A DNA stretch of 64,000 nt. It comes from Mobula hypostoma (Eukaryota). Made by a program: the position numbers and the translations under genes. The DNA is taken from NCBI RefSeq assembly GCF_963921235.1, contig NC_086097.1, forward strand, positions 133,922,001-133,986,000. The letters are read 5' to 3'. The notes beneath the pieces were generated by a model. It was given only the letters and a program-made list of their open reading frames with translations, did not search any database and had not been told where the DNA came from. This document shows positions 49,780 through 61,160 of this stretch, one piece after another. Every line of letters begins with the position of its first letter. Position 1 is the stretch's first letter.

Positions 49780-52070
49780 CATTACCTAGTCCTATTCCCT
49801 GAGCTTCCTGCTGCAGCCCACTTTAATTCCCAATTTCAATCCTATTCCAATTTGTCCCTCTGTGACCTTCTCCACCACTAAGGTGAGACCCAACGTAAGC
49901 TAGAGGAACAATATTTTATCTTCTGCAACAAACAACCTGCTGGAGGAGCTCAATGGGGCAGGCGGCCCTTATGGAGGGAAGTGGGCAGTCAACACTTCAG
50001 GTTCAGATCCTTCATCGGGATTGAATGGCAAGTCCAGGTGAAGGGTCTCAAATCAAAATGTTGCCTGTCCATTCTCTCCATAGTTGCTACCTAACCCATT
50101 GAGTTTTGGCAGCATCTAAAGTAACACACACACAATGTTGGAGCAACTCAGCTGGTCAGTTCCATGGAGATGAATAAATAGTCAATGTTTGGGGCCAGGA
50201 TTCTTCATCGGAACTGGAAAGGAAGGGGGAGGAATCCAGAATAAGAAGGTGGGGGAAGACGAAGGAATGTTGCTCAAGATGACACCAGCGACCGACGCAA
50301 CTAACAATGGAGCAATCTGCCATTTTTGCTGTCTCCGAGGGAATTCAGTGTGATTGAGAGCGCAAATCCATGATTGGCTCCATTACTTGCCGATCTCACT
50401 GATTAAAAGGTGGCGCAAGATTAAAATCAATGAGAACAAGAGTGGAAGATGAGCGAGTGTTCAGCGCCGTCTGCCTGCGTTTCACCAGTCTCTCTTGCTC
50501 TCTGTCTCGCTCACTGCTGCTACAGGAAGGTGCAGGAGCCTTTGGTCTTGGGCAAAGTTTGAACAGCGTGGCTTGTGGATTGGCCTTGTTTTTAGAGGAC
50601 TCTGCAGTTCATGTTATATGCATTTCTGATTACTCATTTTTTATTTGTTATTTTGCACTATTTTGATCCGGGCACTTCGACACGGATTGGCTCTGCAGCC
50701 TTAAGTCAACAAATGACACAGTGCTAAATCAAACTGAACACAACTAGACTGAACATTCCTAGACTGTTTCAAGGACTCTGCGGTTTGATGTTTAATATTC
50801 CATGTGTTATTCACTCGTTTTTTTGCCGTTTGCATGATTTGTTCTTTTTTTTGCATGTTGGGTGGTTGATGCACTCGCTGAATGGGTTCCACGGTGTTTC
50901 TCTGTTTCATGGCTGTCTACAGAAAGACAAATCTCAGGGTTGTACACTGCATACATACTTCAATAACAAATGTATTTTGAACTTTGAACAAGCTGGCAAG
51001 TGATAGGAGAAACCCGGTAAGGGGGAAGGTGAGTTTGTGGGAACCGTGGATGAAGTGCAAAGCTGGAGGGTGATGGGTGAAAAAAGTAAAGGGCTGTAGA
51101 AGGAATCGGATTAGAGAGGAGAGTGGACCATGGGAGAAAGGGAAGGAGGAGGGGAACCAGAGGGAGGTAATAGGCAGGTGAGGGGAAGGGTAACAGGGGA
51201 GTCAGGCAGGAACGGAAAAAGAGAGAAAGGAGAAGGGGAAAATTACCATAAGTTAGAAAAATCAATTCATGCAGTGAGGTTGGAGGCTACCTAGACAGAA
51301 TATGAGGTGTAGCTCCTTCAGCCTTAAGACTGTCCTCATCGTAGCAGTACAGGAAGACATGGTGGAATGGGAATGAGAAGTGGAATTTAAACGGGTGGCA
51401 ACCAGGAAATCCTGCCTCTTTCAGACAGAGTGAAAGTGCTGACGTGACCAAGATCTACCAGCATTTTATTGTTTCTACAGATTCCCTCTGGACCCTTGTG
51501 TGAACTTTTTATCTTCTATCTGGGCAACCTTATGAAATGAATACTGAATTCAGGTAACTGTCTGCTCATTGCTTCCCATTACCATGCTGGCGTCCCTTTC
51601 AAAACCTGTCTCTGTAAAATGCCTCCCTAACAATCAGTACTCCTGCTCCTTGTCACCTGATCTGTCTTAACCGACAAACAAGATGGTGGAGGAACTCAGT
51701 TGGTCAGGTCAAGAGAAATGGGCAGTCAATAGATAGCATCTGTACTGCTGAAGGATCTCGGCCTGAAATGTCGTTTGTCCATTTCTTTCCAATGATGCCG
51801 TCTGACTGAGTTGCTCCAGCATCTTGGCTATTGCTCTGGATTCCAATATCTGCAGCCTCTTGTGTCTTAACTAAACTCCATATGGTCACTTTTCTTACCC
51901 CCTTCCACCTTCCACCTCCACCCCCACCCCAGCTCTGCTTTGTAAATTATAAAACCTCTACTCTCCCCAAGTCCTGAAGGAAGGTTCCTGACCTGAAATA
52001 TCAGCTTTCACAGATACTGATCGACTGATTGACTGGCTAAGTTCTCCCTGCATTCAGTTTCTCTTTCAGC
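49780..52070. mobile_element. Nest of Penelope-like 3' fragments in both orientations, with a ~0.7-kb LINE-tailed insertion at ~50268-50988
   Basis: KLEEQ..IF-like coding ends near 49895 (+) and 51260-51320 (-); hammerhead remnants at ~49985-50065, 50180-50215, 51743-51775 and 51970-52005; the insert ends in a (ttgaact)n tail. Confidence 0.7.
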
Positions 52071-53699
52071 TTTTATTGCCAATTTGCAGTCCCTCTGGTG
52101 GGTGGGGAGTTCCAGGACTTTGACCCAGTGGTGACGAAGGAGCACAGATACTGTAGATTACCAAGTCAGGATGGTTTATAACTGATAAGGGAATCTGAAG
52201 TTGGTGGTCTTCCCGTGCACTCTTCCCCTTGTCGTTTTAAGTGGAATGGGTAGCAAGTTTGGCTGTTGCTGTACTTTGTTCATTTACCAAACAGCTGCAT
52301 TGTAAAACAATTTTGCATTATTTTGTTTAGAGGTTTCTTTTACCCCTGCAACGCTTCTTCAGCTCACAAAGACAAATCTTGCTCTCTAGCCATGCATGCT
52401 GTGGCTCAGCTGCACTGCATTCCAAGCACCTCAATGCAGCAAAATGGCAGGGTTCCACCCGATTTGCAGACCTTAATATGAAAATCTAATTTTTAATCCA
52501 GAGAGAATCTCTGAGGCCACAGCATTCCATATGCCAATCCATTATACAGTACAATTCAGGAAACCATAGCCGCGATTGCACATCACCCTTTGAAATGAGC
52601 TTTCTTTTCTGTATATTTCCTGGGATAGCAAATGCGATGAAAGCTCACTTTTCATATCAATTTAAAATTACGTTGTTGTTCTGTCCCAAAACAACTAAGG
52701 CCCTACCTATGTTTCTCTTTGCAGCCCTCTACAATTACCAGAATGCATGCGTATCATTCACCTCAGCCTGCCTTCTCTCTGGCTGGAAATAAATTAGCAT
52801 CTAGAGGGAAAACAAATAAAAATGTAAGCATCTCCCTCCTCTCATTTAAACCTGAGGTTCTTTGGTACAGACCAGAGGGATCCCAACATGTATAAGACAT
52901 TCCTGCTGGCTTTTGTACAGGGTAACCAAATATATTAAGATAGTGTGCTCTCAGTACTCTGTTTCCTGCATATTCCCCTTAGCATTTAAATCCTGTTGCT
53001 GTTTTCTTCAACACTCCATCCGAGTTGGACAAACACAAGGCGACAGCACAATAAACGTGCCAGCTCTGGCTACACCGGGCATCATTTATGATTTTTATTG
53101 CAAGGAGTCTGTGTTGCAATCATCTGTATTATCAACGTATAAAAGAAATTATATGCATTTTCAACGTCTGAAACGAGCCTTCACACAATGGCGACAGCTC
53201 TTCATTATCAACAAGAATGGAGAAGGGCAATCAAGGAGTCAAACTCATTAGAATATCTGCTACTCCACTTTGCAGTTTCTATATCCAAACACCATAATGC
53301 CCACTGTCAGCAATTAACTGGCAATCAGTGCCTGCGCCTCTCAGGATGTGATCCTGGGCTAGCAGACAAAGTGAGATGGGACAACAGACCAGAATGTGGG
53401 CTTTAGCATTGACTGCTTGTAATACTACCCCCCACCCCTCAGCTTCAGTGCCCCTCCTTCTCACTTCAAGGAGCTAAAGTTGTGAGGTTTGATTTTCAGA
53501 GAGTTGACCAGGTGTGATCAGTCAACTTCAAGTGAGTCAGCTACTTAACCTTGACCACCGGTAGAACCCATGGTGACTGAGGGAGATGACGGTCACACCA
53601 AATGAGTTGGCCTGTACCATTCACTTTCAAGTGACATTCATTGGAGAACCATAATGGACATTGTAATCAGAGACAAAGGAACATGTAGTTCCATATCAT

Positions 53700-54245
53700 A
53701 GAACGTGGAACATACATCACAGGAACAGGTTCTTTACCCATGATGTCAAATTAAACTGAATCTCTTCTGCCTGCATGTGATTCATATCCCACTATCCCTG
53801 CATGCTCATGTGTTTATCTAAAGACTCTTAAACTCCCCTGTCATATCTGTTTCCACCACCATCTCCGGCAGCCCATTACAGGCAACTACCACTCTCTGGG
53901 TAAAATAAATTTGCCCAGTACAGCTCCCTTAAACTTCCTCCCTCTCAGTTTAAATGCATGCCCTCATGTGGTTGTCATTTCTACCCTGGGAAAAAGACTG
54001 CCTACCCTATCTGTGCCTCTCATGATTTTATTGAACTCTATCAGGTCTCCTCCCCGCCTCCAATGCTCCAGAGAAAACAACCCAACTTTGTCCAACCTCT
54101 CCTTATAGGTCATATTGTGTAACCAAGGCAGCACCCTGGTAAATCTCCTTACCCTTACCAAACCTTCCACATATTTCCTGTAATGGGGCAATTAAAACTG
54201 CATGCAATAGTCCAAGTGCAGCCTAACCAAAGTTTTATATAACTG
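53700..54245 (-). mobile_element. CR1 3'-end fragment
   Basis: PHYRKYVEGLVRVRRFTRVLP...YKERLDKVGLFSLE..R.GDLIE. Confidence 0.85.
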
Positions 54246-55849
54246 CAAATTCCATTCAGGGTTAGTAATCCAGAGTCTTAGTTGAATGATATGGAGATGA
54301 ATTCAAATCCTTTTGCCAATTGTTAATTAAATAAATTTGGAATAAGGCAGTGTGTATTACAAATGACATGTAATTACTGGTAAGTTGTGAAAACTCATTT
54401 GGTTCATTAATGACCTTGAGGAAATCTTTGATCCAGGCTGTTCAATACGAACTCCAGACTCGCAGCTACCCTCTGAAATGACCATTCAATTCAATGGCAA
54501 TTAAGGATGGACAATAAATGACTATAATATCTAATAAATGAATAACAGCAAAAAGCAAACATTTTGATATTTGGAGTTGTATGTCATGGCTAAATTTACC
54601 CTCCACAATGTTATGCACAAGATTTGTAACAGTTGAGTTAAACCTCTGTGTTAGCAGTTGTTTGTCCAGCTTGAGGTTAACACTGAGATGGACCAGGTCA
54701 GGCAGACCTTCTGAAACCAAGTCCGCCATCCTTGCTGACTTCACAATGCAGTCACTCAGCACCAAGTGAGTCACGAATATAGGTGCTGAATGGGTACAAG
54801 AACTGCAGATGTTCTTGCAATACCTTCCTAAAGGCACGGTAAAGGGCACAGCCATTGAGTCTGCTCAGCCATTCAATTACCCCATGGCTGAACTGGGGCC
54901 CGAACCCATTATCCAAAGCACTGCTGGTTAAACTCAACCATCAACCTGACATCAACCGCAGCTTGCAGACAGCTTCAAACTCCCAACACCATGCCCGGAA
55001 AAGACCCCGCCTTTCGCCTCAAAGTCCCCAAGCCATAGAAAAAATTTCACTCCATCTGCCCTAAATTCCTGAAAAGTCAATTTCACTGGGATAGACAGTC
55101 ATAAACTTCAAATTCCTTCATACTTTCTACCCAAAAATGAACAGGAAAGGACAAGGAGGAAGCTATCAAATCCCTTGAGTCTATTCTGTCATGCAGTAAG
55201 GCCATTGCCTAATTCTTTCTGCATATCACTAAAAACTGTTACAAATTCTGCAGTGAGTTCTGGGCTGGGCAATACTTTTGTTTGCAGTTTGTGCTGGCCA
55301 TCAAAGAGGACCTCAGTGTATCAATTCATGTGAGCTTTTTTTCATATTCTAAAGACAAGAACACAAGAAAATAGGAGCAGGAATGAGCTACTGTGGTCAT
55401 CAAGCCCACCCTACCATACAAGCCTCAACTCTGCTTCTGAGCCAGTTCCCAATGACCCTCACTTCCTCAACAAACAATAAGTAAAATACTTAGTAATACT
55501 TAGTAAATTATGATTTTCAGCTGCAGTTCCCATCAACCTTTTTGTGGATGTTTTTGACATTTTTTTCCAGAAGTTTAAAAATACAGCGTTTGATAGTTCA
55601 TACAAAGAAACAATCCTAAAATATTCTGGGATTCTGCTTAGAGCAAATATTTTCATCCTTAATATTTAACATGAGGTGTTTAAGCTTGGACATCTGAAAA
55701 CACACAACTTTCAGCAAAATCTGTAATTCTAGTTGCACTTCAGCTCTGAACTAAAGACTTTCAGAAGTCCCACTTAATTTACGAAAGTACATCACAACCG
55801 CATGTAATAACATAACCGTTGGTGTGAAAAAACAGGCTCAAACATAATC

Positions 55850-55855
55850 TTTATT
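55850..55855 (-). terminator. Candidate proximal poly(A) signal (AATAAA) for an unspliced tshz 3' UTR
   Basis: TTTATT on the plus strand ~1.2 kb beyond the stop, in repeat-free AT-rich sequence; followed on the minus strand by GT/T-rich sequence (gattatgtttgagcctgtttttt). Confidence 0.35.
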
Positions 55856-56124
55856 TTTTATCACAATACCACAGCCGGTATTTTGGAATTATGTTGACAA
55901 TTTCAGTTTAAAGTTTAAAGGGTAACAATGCAGAGATGTCATTACATTTTAATATTACTGTGCCATTTTTTTCCTTTAACTTGCTTTACCTAAGGCAGTC
56001 AAAGCAGTCAAACTTAATATGTGCTTACAAAATTCAAATCTGAACTTGGCCATTTGGCAACAGACGATTTGGTCACAGGATTCCAGGTAAAAAAAGGGAA
56101 TTGCTCCCCTATCGTACTTGACGT

Positions 56125-56382
56125 GACCTTTTCTTATTACTACCATCGGGGAGGAGGTATAGAAGCCTGAAATCCCACACTCAACAGTTCAGAAACACCT
56201 TCTCTCCTCTGTCCAGATTTCTTAATGATATATGAACCCATGAACACAACCTTGTTATTACTTACTTGTTGCACAACTTATTTTGTCATTTATATTAACT
56301 TAATGTCTTTGCATTGTACTGCCACCATAAAACAACAAATCTCATGTCATTTGAATCATTGATTATAAATTGGATTCTGATT
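56125..56382 (+). mobile_element. Rex1-type 3' fragment
   Basis: ttctTattactaccatcggggaggaggtatagaagcctg (LLPSGRRYRSL) and a tail shared with 46850-47080. Confidence 0.75.
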
Positions 56383-57029
56383 CATAGAACCAAAGAGCAC
56401 AGTAGGAGACCATTAAGTTCACTATATTTATGCTAGCTCTCTACCAGAGCAACACTCCAGTTCTTCCCGTTAGACCTCTTGTAAATGTTTCTCCACCATG
56501 TATTTATCCACTCTCCCACTTAAGGCAATTTTGGAACCTGCCTCCTCCACAACAACAGATCATGACCACACACACTGCTTTGAAAAGTTTCTCCTCACAT
56601 TACTCTTCCTTCTCTTTCCCTCGCTTTTATCCCCATGACATTTATGCCATGATCCCTTCACCAATGGAAACAGCTCTCACCATTCACTCTGTCCGTACCC
56701 CTTGTCCTTTTATATACTTCCATCAGTTCTCTCCACAGCCCTATCTTCTCCAATCCATCCCTGTCACTCAGAAATCTCCCCTGTCACTCATAATTCCCTA
56801 ATACCTTCGTATCCTATGATGAGGAGACCAGACTGAACACGATACTCCCGCTGAGGCCAGCCCAATGTTTTATAAAGATTCAGCATGACTTCCCTGCTTT
56901 TATAAGGCTGAAGATTATTTGTTAGGAAGCATTGGCATCAAAACAAAACTGTTGGGACATTTGAGGAAAATATTCATTTAAGCGTTCCATCATGCTCTGT
57001 ATTAACCAGTAGGCACATAGGAGCATTCT

Positions 57030-57038
57030 GCTTACCTG
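57030..57038 (-). promoter_or_regulatory. 5' splice donor CAG|GTAAGC 7 nt downstream of the tshz stop codon (exon end 57036)
   Basis: Minus strand reads ...AAACAG TAG TATCCAG|GTAAGCAG, a near-perfect donor consensus. Confidence 0.65.
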
Positions 57039-57042
57039 GATA

Positions 57043-60000
57043 CTACTGTTTCTCAAACTCAGTTACATATAACAGATGGTCCTCTGGAGACTTGCCATGT
57101 GTTTTGCTAAGGTGCAATTTGACCGCATGTTTGCTTACAAATGTCCTGTTGCACATTTTACACTGGAATGTCGAGTTTACATCCTCCTCGGACATCCCAA
57201 CTGAGTTCACGGACCTATTTGGTATCACCTTAGAAACCGCCTGCTGCTCGCGAAGCTGCTCTACCGATAACTTGGAGAGATCCTTCATAGAAAACCCCAG
57301 GTGAGTCTCCAGGTGAGCTATGTAGCTGGAAGGAGTCCTAAACTGTGAGGCACAATCATTACAGAAGAAAACCGGGTGACCCGTGTCTAAGTTCTTCAGG
57401 AATTTCGTTCCACCTGTCCTTCTTAACTGATATTTGACGTTGGCTAGCCAATGGCTTATCGTGGTCATGGAGAGGCCAGTGAACTTTGAAATGTGTACCC
57501 GCTCGTGGAGGTTTAAGTCCGACATGATGTATTTGCCTTCGGAAGACTCCCGTAAGCTGGCTGCAAATTGAGCTTGCAGCATCAGGAGGTGTTGGGGGTT
57601 CCAGTTAGACTGCCTGCCCTTCCTTTTCTGGACGGGAGAGACATCCTCCAAGGTTTCCTCGAAGCTGCTGGCATCGGCTTCCGACTTCTCCGACACCGTA
57701 GAGGGGGTTGACGACTTGGGCGTCAGCCGTCCCGTGAGGTTCTTCACCATGTCAGAGATGTCCAACAGCGCATTTTCCCGTGATGTGGAGAGAATCGTTT
57801 CCGTCATGGCTGAAATGAGCTTCTTGTTGCTTTTCGATTTGGTTAAGTCTATTGGCTGATCATTATTTTCATAGTAGTACCGGTCCACAATGTCCGCCTG
57901 CTTGACCTGAGTGGCAGGGAAGATGGGCTTGTCCAGCACACTGTTGCTGATTTTGTACAGCATGGCCAAGGGGTCAAGACTGGGACTTAGGGGCTTGGCT
58001 GCCTTGCCCAAGTGTGTGTTCATAATTGACTGGAGAGCACTGAGCGGATTGACAAATGGCGACTCAGGTGACTGGTCAGTGATAATTGCCATACTGTTAC
58101 AGCCATTGCTGACCGTTGACCTAAAACACTCCGTCCCATTTGGGAAAGAGCCATCCAAATTGGTCTCCTTCTTCACTTTCACCTCCTGGCCATCGCTGTT
58201 TCTCAATGGTTGGATTGAAACGTCACTGTCTTCGGCCCTGGGTGAGTCCCTCACAGCTGGGGATGAGGAGCCGCAGGCAGCCTTGATTCTGGGAGCGGCT
58301 GCCTGCTCTTTCTCCACAGCCTTCTCTTCTGCCTTGATGGTCATTTTGCCCGTGACCTTCTCCACCAGCTCTTCCATGGCATGGACATTGCTCTTCTGAG
58401 GCGGCGGTGACTGGCACTCTGAGGGCTCCACGACAGCGAGATGCTCGGAAGATGGGGCCTTCAGGTTGTTGGTGTAGAACGGGGTTGATTGGGCGTTCTG
58501 CCCTGTTGTTTGAAAGGGTCTGATCGCTCCTGAGAGCTGATAAGCAGCATGAATGCTTGGATAGCCTCCCCACGTGGGAGCGCCATTCTGGGCTTTGTTG
58601 ATGGCGGAGGTGACCGTGTTCTCCAGAGACTTCAGGATATCAATACCGCCTTTAGGACTCTCATCCAAATCTTCCTCCCGCAGATACTGGTACTGGGAAG
58701 TGGATTCAAACTTTTCATCATGATCATCCCTCTCCTCCTTTATCTCCCTCTCCTTCTCGTCCTCCTCTGCCGGCTCTTCTTCCTGCTCCTTCCCCTCGTC
58801 AGCCAGCGGCGGTGGCGAGGTTTCAGGCTTGGCTTGGGCAGTGGGTGCCACCAGCCGTGCCGGGGTGGAGGGGGGCAAGGGAATGGACTGGATCTTCTCC
58901 TCGGCCACCGCGTCGAACACCAGCTGCTTGCCCTTCTTTGAGGCGGAGTTGGTGACCTTGAGGAAGTGCCCAGTCACCATCATGTGCGCCGTCAGCTGCT
59001 GCAAGGTGTCGTGGGAGCTCCCGCACTCCATGCACTTGAGGATCTGCGCCTTGCGGGCCTCGAACTGCCAGGTGTAGCTGGCGCCATTCTGGTAGCCGTA
59101 GCGGTTGTTAGGAGTCACGTAAGGATTGGCCGCTTTCTGGGCTGAGGCCGACTCTCCAGCAGACAGGCCTGAGGGATTTGGGGCAGACTCTGGAGAGCAG
59201 GGCGGAGGTTCCTGAGGTGCCCTCCTCTTGTTGGGAGGCAGAAGCTTGGAGGCCAAGGCCGGCACAGGCTCCTTGAGGGGCACCTTCTGATAGTGCTTGG
59301 TCTTGATCATGTGAACGCTGAGGTCCTGCAGGGACTCGAAGGAGTGGCCACAGTACATGCACTTGAGGACCTTCTGGGCGTCCTCCTTGCCCTCCATCTC
59401 CATGAGGGAGCGTTTCCTGGGCTTGGACCACTTGCGGGGGTTGTCGGGGTCCCGATCGCGGTTGTCATCGCGGTAGTGGCCGGTCTCGTTCATGTGCACA
59501 GTCAGCTCTACCAGGGTGTCGTAGGCCGAGCTACAGTCCTTGCAGCGGAACTTGCTGGCGCCGGTGAACACCGACCCAAACAGTTTGTTCTGCTGCCTAT
59601 ACAGCTGCACGGTGCTGAACAGGCTGGGTTCGGGGATGATTCCATAGGAGGTCTGCTGCAGCGTCTTGGCCAGAGCGGCCTGGTGCCAGTCGTAGCCCAC
59701 ACCTCCGCCGCTGCCGTTGTGACTGCTGCCGTTGCTGCTGCCACTGCCACTGGCCTGGTTGGCCGTCTTCAGGTCCAGGCCCAGGCTGGTCCAGTAGGAG
59801 CTGCTCAGCAGGTTGGAGTAGGCCGCCTTCATCTGCGCCAGGCTGTCCCGTGACGCCGGCAGCCTGTCCTCGGCCAGCCCCTCCTCCCGCTCCTGCCCGT
59901 CCTTGGACGAGACGCTCCGCAAATCTGCCAGCTGGTCGCTGGCGTCGCTGACAGGCGACCTACTGCCCGGCTCAGGATTGGCTGTCATGCTGGCTGGTGA

Positions 60001-60146
60001 GTTCTGGCAGCTGGCCGCCTCTTTGCTCTCTTCTTCCTCCTTGGGGCAATGGAACTCGCAGTCCTGCTCCCCCGCCGCAGGCAGCTCATCCTCGGGCAGG
60101 TCCTTGCTCAAGTCAGCTGCCTTCAGTTCCTCTTCGGGGACGTATG
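57043..60146 (-). CDS. tshz1: Teashirt zinc finger homeobox protein (TSHZ family; closest overall to TSHZ1, with several TSHZ2-like residues), coding exon 2; exon 1 lies outside the window
   Basis: The ORF reads (A)YVPEEELKAA...YDWHQAALAKTLQQ, three Teashirt C2H2 fingers (CKDC..HMNETGH, CMYC..HMIKTKH, CMEC..HMMVTGH), a PIDLT CtBP-type motif (57855..57841), the atypical homeodomain RKGRQSNWNPQHLL...WLANVKYQLRR, two C-terminal fingers, and ends YVTEFEKQ*. Acceptor ctttgtctttctttcctttgtcAG|CA at 60147/60146, phase 1, as expected for the short MPRRKQQAP.. exon 1. Family call is near certain; the paralog symbol is tentative. Confidence 0.93.
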
Positions 60147-60844
60147 CTGACAAAGGAAAGAAAGACAAAGAAGCATTACCCAGAGCTGAGCACACTAGGG
60201 GCAGCATACTGTCAGGCCAGAGGATCGTACACCCCAGGACTGGAGAAGGCCAATCAATTCCTCCCATTCAACTGGATCTAAACTCCATCTACCCCAAACA
60301 TACCCAGAGTTACAGTCAAAAATCCATTAACTTGGACAAGGGCATAACAGTGAACTTCAGGACATCATAGAGTTAATTTCATGACATCTGGTCATTGCTT
60401 ATATGCTAGAAACAAGTCAGCCACTGTGTGTTTAGCAAGGTTCCATAAATACTTCTTTGTCCCTACCCCACCTGACCCCATCAGCCCATCTTTCCCCTTC
60501 CCAGCCCTCTCCATCATTCCTCCCACCAAATCTCCGCCCCACCTGACTCCTTTTATTCCTTGTTCCACTGTCCTCTTCAACCAGATTCCATCTTCAGCCC
60601 TTTGTTACTTCCACCTGTCAGCTGCCAGCTACTTACACCATTCCCACTCCTCTCCTCCCTTACCTACCTATCATCCCTCCCCTCACCTCGCCAGGATCCA
60701 CCTATTGCCCACCAGCTCGTGCTCCACTCCTTCTCCCCACCTTTTCATACTGGCTATCTCCCCTCCATATTTCAGTCCAGATGAAAGATCTCAGCTCTCC
60801 CTGGAGATGCTGCCTTGGCCGTTAAGATCCTTTTAGGACTGGCA

Positions 60845-61160
60845 GGCACGGTGCTGTAGCACTTAGCATTGCAATATTACAGTGCCAACTGCAAGATCGT
60901 GGTTCAATTCCCACCACTGTCTGTACTGAGTTTGCACGCTCTCCCCGAGACTGCATGCATTTCCTCCAGATGCTCTGGTTTCTGCCCAAATTCCAAAGGT
61001 TAAGCTTAGTGAGCTGTGGGCATGAGATGTTGGTGGCAGAAGCATGGTGACACTTGCAGGTTACCCAGCACAATCCTCGGTGATTTGATTTGATACAATT
61101 GATGTGTTTCACTGTATGGTTCAACGTACATGTGACAAATAAAGCTAATCTAATATCTAA
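60845..61160 (+). mobile_element. tRNA-derived V-SINE-like element in tshz intron 1
   Basis: B-box GGTTCAATTCCC, V-domain-like gagtttgcacgctctcccc...tttcctccagatgctctggtttc, tail aataaagctaatctaat. Confidence 0.7.

Noticed and set aside
54466..54855. 129-aa minus-strand ORF downstream of tshz
   Set aside because: No homology that I recognise and no convincing splice-site pair; cannot be supported as coding.
60147..60267. N-terminal 40 aa of the 1074-aa ORF (MGGIDWPSP...SFFPLS)
   Set aside because: Intronic read-through: it spans the polypyrimidine tract and AG acceptor, starts at TTG and has no TSHZ similarity. The true exon 1 lies outside the window.
57092..60370. Several long plus-strand and alternative-frame ORFs overlapping tshz
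   Set aside because: Shadow ORFs caused by the GC-rich codon usage of the real gene; no recognisable domains.
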